A DNA stretch of 48,811 bases. Origin: Intoshia linei (lineage: Eukaryota > Animalia > Orthonectida). Where the stretch lies: the NCBI GenBank assembly GCA_001642005.1, contig LWCA01000135.1, positions 1 through 48,811 on the forward strand, given 5' to 3'. The translations under genes were made by a program, and so were the position numbers. The notes beneath the pieces were generated by a model that was not told the DNA's origin, made no database searches, and saw only the letters and a list, made by a program, of their open reading frames with translations. Shown piece after piece: positions 1 through 13,100 of the stretch. Position 1 is the stretch's first letter. Every line of letters starts with the position of its first letter.

Positions 1-1140
1 ATAGAATCTATCATATTATTAATAAATAATTGTTGATAATATTTAATTATATTTAAAGTTTTTATTAAAATTATATCGATTTTTTGGCATTGTCGATTCA
101 TAATATAAAAAATTTCATCTTCATATTAAACTTTATTTGATATAATTTAGTGAAATTTTCACTGAAGAATGTTATTGTTATTTTTCACGTTTTAATTAGT
201 ACGAATTGGAGTACGAAATCATGTTATTTCCATTTCGTACTTTTTGTATAAATTTGTCCTTATGGTCGCACTGGTATAACTCGTCTTGCTTAAAGTAACG
301 AATGGAAAATCTTAAGTTAAGATTAAGATTCTTAACTCGTAAAGTAAATAACTATTTTATCTGATTTTTAAACAATCAATAAAGTAACGAAGGATCATTA
401 AACGGTAACCAATGAGTTAAGTGTATTGATTCACAATTGATTTTCACTGTGGCCATTAAATTATTTACCGTTTAATAACCTGATGAAAAAAATATAAATT
501 ATTAAAATTTTTCCCCACTTATTGTTTCTACTCCAAAATGTATCATTAGTTGTTTAAATTAATAATTTCTTTAAATTTTTTTACAATTTTAGTGACAATT
601 AATTAAATTAGCAGACATTTTACAAATTTATTAACTAGAAATGAAAATATTTATAATTAAAATCAATTTCAAATTGATAATAACAAAATAGTACCTTATT
701 TCAGGTGGGGGCAACCCTATGATTGTAACTGGCCAATAATATGGTATACTATGGTATATTGTGATAATTTGGCGAATGGGACACATTAAAAATTTAACTA
801 ATAACGTCCATCTTACGATAGGTATTAATAAATTTTTTTATTGTAACTCTTTACTCATAATTATTCATCCATAATATAACTTTACATATCCTATCAAAGA
901 AATTTTGTATCAAATCGCTATTAATATTTGGGAATGAATTAATGAATTATTAATTAACACTGTCCAACAAAATTACTTTTTGTTGCCTTCCTGAAAATTT
1001 TTATTATAAATGTTACAATATCTAATCATAAACACATTGTGGTAAAAATTATTTTGATTTTAAGTCAAATGAACCCATCATGTCAATTTGAAAAACCCTT
1101 ATTTTTGGTAAATTATTAAATTATTTTTAAATAATTGTAG

Positions 1141-4100
1141 GTGCTCCTGACAATAAAGAAATGGTCATATTTGTTGACGACCTAAACATGCCAAAATTGG
1201 ATGATTATGGATCACAACCACCCATAGAGTTATTACGCCAATTTCAAGATTTTAGAGGTTTTTACGACCGATTTGGATTATTTTGGAAAAATATACATGT
1301 AATATATTATGATATTTTGATATACATATATTCCACTAATGCAGACAAAATCGATATTTTATTTAAGGAAATTATTAAATTTTTAATGAAATAAACATTT
1401 AGGAAGATGTTACTCTATGCGCTGCATGTGGACCACCTGGTGGTGGTCGAAACGCTATAACTCCTCGGTTTGTAAGACACTTTTCTGTTTTTTCTTTGTC
1501 TCCTCCATCTGAATATTCTCTTAAGCATATATTTAGTGTAAATTTAATTATATATTTTTTATACATTAATATATTCAAAATTTTTAAATTTATTTTAAAG
1601 GTTATTTTGACGGGATTTTTTGATGAATTCAATATGGAAATTAAACAAGTGGTAGATAACATGTTAAACGTGGCAGTCGAAATGTACATACGAATGAGTG
1701 TTGATTTATTACCTACCCCTGATAAATCTCACTATATTTTTAACCTCAGAGATCTCAGCAAATGTGTTCAAGGTTTCAATTTATTAACTTAAACCATTTA
1801 ATTACAATAACATTTTAAAAATAGGATTAACGAGGGCTGACAAGAATATAATCAAAACGCAAAAAGATGTTGTTGAATTGTTTACTCACGAATCGCTTCG
1901 AGTTTTTCATGATAGGTTGGTTAACATTGAGGATAAACGTTATTTTTATAAAATGATGTCAGAGTTAATTTCCAAAAATTTGAATGAGGTATTTATTTAT
2001 TTTATTGTATACACTATTATTGTATTTACTAGCTTGACTGTTATGTACTTTTATAAACATAAGCTCGCTCTGTCCATGGTGAAAATTTTTTAAAATTTTA
2101 GGCTAATAATAATTAATAAATAAATTAAATAAATTAATAATTATTTTCAAAAAATGGCAGATTAGGTTTTTGATCGTGAAGGACTAAATTCCGGAAAATG
2201 AAACTTAAATATAAACATCACCTGCGAAAAACTGTATAAATGGATAGGAAATTGGGTTTTGTTAATTTTATGACTGATAATTTTTTAAATAATAGTTAAC
2301 ACACAGACATTAAATTTTATATACAAAGTGTACAGAATTGTATGTAAAGGAATACATTAAATTTAAATAAGTGTGTAAGTAAAGAATTAGCACATCATGT
2401 AATTGTTAAAGTTTGAGAAAATGTATATGATGTAAATTTAAACACATTTATAGACAATTCCACCTGAAGATTTTGAAACAGATCCAATTATTTTTGGTGA
2501 TTATGGAAAAATAAATGCAAACATGGATGATCGTATATATGAAAAAATTGATATTGATAAAATTGCCGGTATCTTAATGGATGTAATTTTTTGTTTACAA
2601 TAATAATTTATTTAAAATTAGTTACATATGGATAAGTTAATTAAATTTTAAATTTTTATAATTGGGGTTATCACACTTTTAAATTCCTTGAATCCCTCTT
2701 AAAAAAGGACAATTTAATACTTTGTATAATATATTATAACTAGCTTGTTACTTATTCGGATTAAAATTTTTTGAAATTCTAAAGCTGTTTTCATTAAAAA
2801 AAGAAGGGTAATTTGTGGTTTTGGCCCTGAAGGTATAATTTTTTTAAATTTAAATTTATGATAATGTTTATGATTTTAAAATCCGTATCAGCGTATATAT
2901 TTTTTTAAATTCTCGAACTCGTTTGATTTTCAAAAAAAAGACAATTGGGATATATATTTTTTTAAATTCTCCAACTCGTTTGATTTTCAAAAAGAGGGAC
3001 AATTTTTTAAATTATCCAACTCGTTTAATTTTCAAAAAAAGGGACAACTGGGGTTTTTGACCGATAAGATGCGAAATTGGGAGGTTGAAATTTATCTTAT
3101 TATACGCCCGGAAAAAACTGTAATTGAAATGTGATCTTTAAAAAATTCTAAGACTGGTAGTTATTTGAATAAAGCGTAACACACACACAGACACACACAA
3201 ACAAAAATACCCTAGCATATTATATAAATTAGGATACAACATACATGTATTGCTTTTTTAGTATTTACAGGAATACAACCTTGCCGGTCAAAAAGAAATG
3301 AAATTAGTTTTCTTTCGAGACGCGATTGAACATGTTTCTCGAATAGTTAGAATAATTCGTCAAACTAGAGGAAATGCAGTACTGGTGGGTGTTGGTGGAA
3401 CAGGAAAAAAATCCCTTACAGCGTAATTTTTTTAATGAATGAATTGCTAATTGCGTTAATTATACAAAAAGATTTGACATTATAATTTTAAAATTTGTAT
3501 CAGAGTATATATTTTTTTAAATTCTGGAACTCGTTTGATTTTCAAAAAAAGGACAATTGGGCTTTTTGACGTAATATTTTGACGTAGGATGTGAGTTTGG
3601 GAGGTTGAAAATTATTTGCTAACACCCGGAAAAAACTGTAATTGAAATGTGGACTTTTTAAAATTTTAAGACTGGTAGTTATTGATAAAGGATTAATACT
3701 TATAAGTATATTTTAACAATTATCAAATTTTCACAATGTTTGTCTATTAACTAAGATATACATTGCTGATATATACTATTTGATATATACTATATATATT
3801 ACTACGTTTCTATTGTTATATTATCATGTGCTATCAGTGATATGATATCCTATCACACAAATTGCCTCTAAAATTGCAAATACAAATTTATCGCTTTGAC
3901 TTAAAGAGGTTATCAGGTTCACATTGTCATTTATTTCGATGTAGACTAGACATAGATGATGAAAATTATAATTAAAAGTAAAAAAAATGATTTAAAAAAT
4001 TTAAAAAAAATTTAAATTAAAAATTAATTTACATTTATTACTATAATTTACGATTATAATTTAAATATAAAATATTTCCAAAGGTTTCAGTTTCAAATGA

Positions 4101-7100
4101 GTCATTCCTTGTCTCCAATCTGTGAGGACAAGCTTGACTTTACTGAAATATCATCCATATTTTAAATCGAATTTAAGTATAAGTCAAATAGAATAGGCAA
4201 GTCATACAGTATGATAATAATATAAAATTTAGATTGGCAAGTTTTATCTGTAATTACACTTTCTTTCAAATCGAGCTTACGAGAGGTTATGATTCAAAAT
4301 CTTTTCATGAAGACTTGCAAAAATTGTACATGTTGACTGCTGTAAAGAATAAAAATACTGTATTCATGTTCACCGACAGCAATGTAATATTTATTAACAA
4401 TCACTAATGTATATGTCCTATATAATGTGTAAATAGATCATTTCTGAAGATTTTTTGGAAGATGTTAATAATATTTTAAATTCTGGAGAAGTTCCCAATT
4501 TATTTGATGCAGAAGAATATGAAAAATTGATTATTGGGTGCCGACCGGATGCAAAAGAAGCAGGAATTTCTGAAGGCAATAGAGAAGCTATATATAATTT
4601 TGCTATATCTCGTGTTAGGTAAATTTATATCATTTGGTCAGTCCTTATCCTTCCTATGTCAAGTAATTGATATTTTGACCGTGAAGGCGTCAATTTCTGA
4701 GATTGAATTTTTATAAGTGGGTTAAATGGAAATAACTCTTTTATTTGTAATTTTGTTTTAATTCTAGGATTATTGTCATTTTTTAAAATAAAGGTAATTT
4801 GTGGTTTTAATCGTGAAAATACAAGTTTTGGCGTTGTGATGTTAAATGTTGTTGTATGATAAAGATTATGATTTTAAAACTATTCCAGAAGTTATGTTTT
4901 ATAAAATTCTAAGACTTTTATATTTAAAAAAAAGAGTAGTTGGGCTAATTGACCATGAAGGACTCCATTTTTGAAAATAAAAATTGCGATAAAACATTAC
5001 TTTAAAAAATCTGTATTAGACATTTAGTTTTTTTTAATTAAACGGCAACAATTTTATGTAATTTTAAAAAACCCTAAATAAAAGGTGTATATGTTGCATA
5101 TAATGTGTACAACTGTGAAATGTACACATTCCACGGGCAAATCGTAGAATGTATACATTTCATGGACAAGTCGTAGAATGTGTAAAATTTTCATTTAGAT
5201 TTTAATTTTAGTTTAATTTTGGTTTTTAGATTATTTTTTGAACTAAACTGTCAAGGGGTTTTTAGAAATTTTTTTTGAACCAAACTTTAAGGGGGGGTTT
5301 AAAAAAATTCTAAGAAACCCCTAGGGATGTTTTGGTTCAAAAAAATCTTAAAAAACCCCTCAAAAATTTGGTTCAAAAAAAACTTAAAAACTCCTTGAAA
5401 CTTTGGTTCAAAAAATAATCTTAAAAACCCCATTGAAAGTTTGGTTCAAAAAATAATTTTAAAAACCCCTTAACATTTGGTTCAAAAAATTTTCTAAAAA
5501 AATTCCTAAAAACCCCCCTTAAAGTTTGGTTTAAAAAAAAATTTCAGTTTTACACATTCTATACAACATATATAAAAATATCTAATCATGTTTTTATCAC
5601 GAATAATTTAGAAATAATTTGCACATTGTCCTTTGTATGAGTCCCGTAGGCCGTGCATTCAGAAACCGATGCATAATGTTCCCGTCATTAGTAAATTGCT
5701 GTACGATAGATTGGTTTACAGTTTGGCCCAAAGAAGCTCTATTAAATGTTTCAAATTCATTATTATCGCAGTTGGATATTGGATCAAATGAAATAATGGT
5801 TTATTAAAATCTATTAATTTGATCATTTTACTGACTGTTATATTTATTAGGATAAATTATCCAAAATATGTGCTGAGATACACTTGGGTGTAGGAGAAAT
5901 TGCTGAACGGTTTTATTTGGAATTAAAAAGAAGATACTATACTACACCGACCAGTTATTTGGAACTGCTTACAATGTATATCGGAATGGTTAGTGAAAAA
6001 AAAACGTAACTAAAATTTTAATATTTTAATCGAATCTAAAAAACAAATATTTTAGACAACTTACAAATTCTCTAAATCGTATCAGCTCTGGTCTCAAAAA
6101 ATTAAAAGAAACAAACGGTTATATTAAATTTGAAACTTGTAACATTTCTTAGAATTGGTGGATACAATGAAGGGTGAAATGGTATTATTAAAACCTGAAC
6201 TGGAAAAAAAATCAAAAAATACAGAAGAATTGATGGAAAAATTAATAATTGATCAAGATAAAGCTGACGCAGTTCGTAAAATTGTTGCGCACGACAAAGC
6301 TAATGCAGCTGAAAAATCCAAAGAAACTCAAACAATAGCTGAAGATGCTCAAAGAGACTTAAATGAAGCTTTACCAGCTCTAGAAAGTGCTGTTAAGGTA
6401 TAGAAATTTGAATCACAAAAACTAACCATAAAATTTTTTTTAACTTGTTATTAGGCGCTTGACTCTTTAGACAAGAATGATATTTCAGAAATTCGTGTTT
6501 TTCAGAAACCACCTGAATTGGTACAAACTGTAATGGAAGCTGTGTGTCTTTTATTGAATGCAAAGTAAATAATATTTTTTATACATGAAAATTTTAAAAT
6601 GTACATTTAATTTAACATTTAGACAAGATTGGGCATCTGCAAAAAACGTTTTAGGAGAATCTAATTTTCTCAGGAGATTATACGATTATGATAAAGATAG
6701 TATTCCAGAATCCATCCTTAAAAAATTAAAAAAATACATTGATAACCCTAAATTTACACCTGAAGCTGTTGATAGGGTATCTAAAGCAGCAAAATCGTTA
6801 TGCATGTGGGTGAGAGGTATATTTCATTGTTCAGTAAATGATATTGTAACTTTTATTTGTAGCCATTGATTTATATGCACACGTTTTTCGTACTGTTGAG
6901 CCAAAAAGAAAAAGGTAGATCAATAAAATTGTGTATTATTATAGACTACGTTATCCACCGCCGTCTATGAAAATTTAATTTGTCGGCTTGAAAACATTCC
7001 AAACTGATGAAACTAAGATTTTTAATGATACACTATATATTGTACTAATATTGAATAATTATAATTAATGAAATGTTGGAAAATTGAAAAAAAATTACCC

Positions 7101-10100
7101 AATTCTCTAAAATAACTATGAAAACTGACCATGGCCATTCCAAAACTAATAATCTCAATTTGAGGCTAAATTAAAATTATTAATATCACCGAGTTATATT
7201 TCTATTGTTAGACTAGCTGAGGCAGAAAAAGAGAATAAAATTGTTCAAGATGCATTAATGGTTCAACAACAAAAGCTTAGTGACGTGGAAGATGAAATAA
7301 CGAAACTGCAACAGACATATGAAGATTCTGTTGCAGAAAAACATTCATTGGAAAAAAATATGTCTCTGACGCAAGCTCGAATCAAAAGGTCTGGTAAATT
7401 GACCATGGCTCTAGCAGATGAAAATGAACATTGGAAATGTAGTATAGCAGTAATAAAATATATGTATTTGTTTAAATTTTTGTAGAGTATTGAAATTGAA
7501 ATAGCTAATGTTGTCGGAAACGTGTTTCTGTCTGCAGCTTGTATAGCATATTACGGAGCTTTTACGTCTTCTTACAGAGAGTTGTTGGCTACTTCTTGGG
7601 CCGAGAGGTTAAAAGAACTGGAAATTCCAATATCCGATGAGGTTTATTATATTTAATTTTTATAACATTTTAAAAACTAGGCTTCACTCATATCAGTAAT
7701 GGGAACCCCATTTCAAATTAGACAATGGAACATTGAAGGTTTACCACGAGATCGTTTAAGTACGGAAAATGCAATTATTGTAACGAGATCACGTCGATGG
7801 CCCTTGATGATTGACCCACAAGAACAGGCCTATCGGTGGATTAAATCAAGGGAAAATGTCAACAGTATCAAAATTATCAAAATGACAGATTCTTCATTTT
7901 TGAGTACCATAGAAAATTGTATTAGGGTCGGAATACCCGTTTTAATTGAAGATATTGGAGAAACTATAGATCCAGCAATTGAACCGATATTGGCAAAACA
8001 AACATATGTTGAGGTAAAATAGTATTGATAAGATGTAATATATATTTCACTCATCTGCGTCTAAGGCAGCGTTTACAAAATGCTGGTCCGTGAAACTTTA
8101 TTACTGGTTTGCAAAATAGTTATAGAAATTTTTTATTAATTAATAGTCAATTTATTACGTTTTTTATGAAATTTTTTTCTAATTTTTCCTAGTAATTTCA
8201 ATGTAATGGTCCGCGATTTTTCAAATTTATTGCGGACCCTTAACAAATTTCTAAATCGCTTAATCTTAATTAATTTATGCATTAAAGATTTCATAATTAT
8301 TCTTAATAAATTATTATGGTAAAAAACGAATTGACCTATTTGTGAAAATTAAAAAAGATTTTTGAATTATCTATAAAAAGTCACTTGGATCCATCAAAAA
8401 AATGAACCCTATTGTTTTTTAAGTATCCTTTACTTTAGTGCTTTCTAACCGGTGTGTCGCCAAACTTTTGAAATTTATAAAATATCAAATACTAGCTTGA
8501 CTGTTATGTATTTCGTACAAACAGCATCCTAGCTCTACCGAGTGCGGACATTTTTATTCTATCAAAAAAATAAATTCAATAAGAAAATTTAACGTAAAAA
8601 TGCTACTATTTACTATTATAAATCATTTAAAGGAATGGTTCCAAACTTGTCATACATTGACCCGTCATATCACATTACTTTTTAATTTAAAGTGAATTAT
8701 TCCACATTAAATTGATTTTGCTAACATTTATATAAAGAATTTTTAAAAAAAATTTTATCCCATTTTTTTAATTTATTTGACAGAAGGTGTGTATAATATT
8801 ACAAATAAAGTAAAAACAGTCCAATCCTTAAAATTGTCATAAATATCATAAATTCCAGAAAAAATAAAATTATAAAAACCTATTTTGTCATTTTCAATGT
8901 CATAATACATATTGAGTACCAATTATGTATCAATAATTAACGGAATCAGCACTTTAGAAGCATATTTCAGATAAGTTTTACCAATATTGCAAAGCATTGT
9001 AATAAATATAAAAATGAGAATTTGAGGATCAAAAATTGCGTAGCAATGAAAAAAAACCCGAAGAAATCAAAAGTTTGTTTAAAAAAAAATCAGCCCCAAA
9101 ATGTAATAAAGCATACATTCTAGGACGCATTTTAAAATAATTAACATGGCCATAATTAATCATTAATATCAGCTTCAGAAACGCATATCTTCATGGTCAA
9201 AACCCAAATTACCCTTTTTTTTAAAAATAAAAAATATTCTAAAAAATTTTTAAACATACATTTTGGTATAGTTTTTAAAATCATAAACACTATTATTAAT
9301 GGAAACCTCAAAAAGATAATTTTCACGATCAAACTCCCAGATTACCATTTTTTTTTTTAAATGAAAACAGCCCTAGAATTTGAACAAAAAATTTGAAATA
9401 ATTAACTTTCCGAAAATTAAAAAAAAGATTATTCTGATAGAGCTTATTCCAGTTGATATAATTACAAAATTTCAACATCAGGAATCTACGTATTCCCGGT
9501 GAAAAATAATTTTTAATATATTATCAACCAATTTTTTTCAAATATTTCGATTAAAATAAAAATTGAAAATGTAAATATTGATCCTACAATTTTAAAAATA
9601 AAGTACATTGAACTTCTACACATTCCCTATAAAGAAATATTGTTGGAAATCTATATAATTCATTTCTTCGAAATTTTTTTTATTTTAACGCAATTTTTTC
9701 ATTTTCAATAAGTTTCAAAAATCATTATGTATTACATTGTTATACAATTATTAAAATTATATAGCCTAACCTACCTAGCTCAAGGCCACGAAAATGAAAA
9801 ATGGACCCTAAAAAATTTGAAAAAATGAGGCCCCATTTAAAAAAAATTTCTTACTCCATACCTCCACCCCAATAGGGTTTCGTGTACGATAAATGCGAGA
9901 CTGTAAGAAATATTGCTTTACTCGAATCTTTTTAGGGTGGAAGAATGTTAATACGACTTGGAGATTCAGATATTGATTACGATATGAATTTTCGTTTATA
10001 TATAACAACAAAAATGCCTAACCCACATTATATGCCAGACGTCTGCATATTGGTTACAATAATAAATTTCACTGTTACACAAGATGGATTGGAAGATCAA

Positions 10101-13100
10101 TTATTAAGGTAAATCTATTTAATTATTCAAAAAATGAAAAATAATGCAAATAATAATGTTATATAGTATAACCCCATTTTGGGGCACCTTTTTAAAAAAG
10201 GTGCCACAAAAATTGAGGTTAATGATAAAATTATGTTATATATTAAATTAATTGAACAATAATATTATTTACATCATGTTAATAAGATTAAGAGAGTTGA
10301 TTATCTGGTATATCAAAACAAATACAGTTAATATTTTTATTTAAAAATATATAAATTAAATTAAAAATTTGAGAAAGGCAGGAATATTGAGACAAGACAA
10401 TAAAATCTTAGTGTATACATTAGCGTATTTCACATTTTGAAAAATTTCAAGATTGACAATATGTTTAGGGTAGATTTTGTGTAGTTTTGTATAAAAACAA
10501 TTAATTGAGAATCAGAATTTTAACGATTGAATCGGGCCACTCAAGTTTTACAACAAATGGAAAAATCGCCCGATGTTCTTAATTTTTATAGTTTGTTAAA
10601 TAAAATAAATTTTTACGATGATTATTACTGTTTTTCCTCAGTTGTAATAGATGCTGTTACTACGATTGGTATAAATTTTATAGTATGACATAAGTCATAT
10701 TATAATGTGGATTTCATTAAAGATGGTAGAACAATAATAAATATCTTGGGCGTATCAAATTTCTATTTCTTTGACTAAAGTTTATATATCTTCAATTCCT
10801 GTTCCTGTTCAGTTCTTGTTTAACGGTTGAATGTCATCGAAAAATGTCTTTAAAAAAATACAAATTAGATACGCTCTCGATATTTATTATTGTTCTACCA
10901 GCTTTAATAATATGATTAATGTCATAAAATAAAATGTATACAAATCACACTAATAATATATATTACTACGGAGGAAAAAATAGTAATAATTATTCTCAAA
11001 TTTTATTTTATGTAACAAAATATAAAAACCAATGTGATGAAATATTATTTAATCTACAATTTGAATATAAAAATAATAATTATCTTGTTGTTTTCTGTTC
11101 GAAAACGCTTTGTTTTTTTCTAAATTCATAGAATTCTCAATACCCTTTGGTAAAAAAATGAAAATGTCTTCAAAAAAAAACAATAGAATTAGTTACCCTT
11201 GTTGACGGTATTGCTTCAACAAAATTAACATTCATCACTTGATTACAAAGTGATACGATTTCATTTTTTATTCGAGATATTGTTCTTTATTTGTATCATA
11301 ATTTTCATTTTTTTTAAAAAAATAAAGTATCTTAAAACAAGGTGTATTTGACTCGAATATATAGAAAATAGTACAAAATAATATGTAAATTATATAAACT
11401 AACTCGATGTTGAAAAAGTGCCACATAAAGGGTGGGTGCCCGCCGCCAATATTCGCCCAAATCGGGGTCGGACTGTAGATATATATAATTATATGATGAT
11501 ATTTTATATGATTTAGTGATGTGGTGAGATTGGAAAGACCAGATTTGGAAGAACAAAAAAATGAGTTGATTATAAAAATTAATAACGATAAAAATCAACT
11601 CAAAGCTATTGAAGATAGAATATTAAAATTGCTGTTTGAATCTGAAGGAAATATTTTGGATAATGAAGAATTGATCGACACTTTAAATGATTCAAAGGTC
11701 ATTTTAAAAAATTTGATAGTTTTTCAATAAATCATAAATTTAATTAGATTACTTCGGATCAAATCTCAATTCGATTGGAAGAAACGGAACAAACTGAAAA
11801 AAAAATCCAATATGCTCGAGACAAGTATAGACCCGTTGCTATCCGAGGTTCAATCATGTATTTCATTGTAGCAGATTTGGCTCAAATTGATAAGATGTAT
11901 CAATTTTCACTGAAATATTTTAAAAGTTTGTTTAATGGAACAATTGAAAACTCGGAAAAAAATAAAAATTTAAAACTTCGATTAGACATTATTTTAACAA
12001 ATACGACATGGGATGTTTACAGAAATGTGTCGAGGTTATTAATTGATTAATAAAATAACATTATACAATGTATATTATACATACTAAATTGGACAATTGT
12101 ATACTTTATAGAAACTGCAAAAGCTTTCCTAAGATATGATTTCAGATATTTTTTTACTATTAATTTGAATATCACATTAAATAATATTTTAATCTGGGTA
12201 TTAATCAAGATCAGGGGTGTCAATTATGCGGCCCGCGTTATAACATAAGTTTTTATTTTTTATAACAATTTTTTACTACAGAAAAAACTCAATTTTACCA
12301 ACCCTTAAAGAAAAAAGTTACCAATATTTTTCTGAAAAATCATTTTTTACCAAAATTTTAGATCAATAATTAATATTAATTGTAAGACAGAAAAAATTTC
12401 CAGTAAAAACCGATTTTTTGATAAATTAGAGTGGAAGACATAAAAAAATCAAAATAAATATGTAAAACATTGTAAATATTAATAATTACATAAAAAAAAT
12501 ATCAGTGACTGCCTTAATTTTGTGTGCCCTTCTTTAACATTTTAAAATCATTATTTAAATAATATTTGAGAAACTGGGACAAAGTCAAAACTGTAACTTT
12601 TTGATTAAAATATTTTAAATAGCACTTGAATAAAATCTGATTTAAACTTTTGAATTTGAAGTAAAATGATAAACGTGTCCGCCATTTGTAGGTTCGGTCT
12701 GACGACATTGTCATCATGACAATGATTATATGTATGATTCAAAAATTAATTTTAAATTTTAAATTAGTCTACCTAAATGAGTAGTTTAAAAATAGCTCAC
12801 TAAAAATAGTTTAAAAACCCTTTAAATAGTTTAAAAGTACAGCAAAGTTGTTACTGTTAAATATCATGTTTTTTAATATTTAAAAAAAAACTGACAAAAT
12901 TTAATTTCCATTTACTATAAAATAATTCAGAGGCCTTTTCGAGGACGACAAAGTGACATTTTCTTTTTTGTTGTGTACAGCAATAATGAAAATTGAAAAA
13001 GAAATATCTGATTTAGAATGGCATATTTATCTTCACGGTGTTCCAGAATCAAAAGAGGTTGGATTAAAATAATAAATTTAAATTTTTAATTTTTAATTTA

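Noticed and set aside
5205-5545. Regular ~36-bp repeats as a CRISPR array
   Set aside because: Units are contiguous and degenerate with no unique spacers, there are no cas genes, and the context is a eukaryotic intron.
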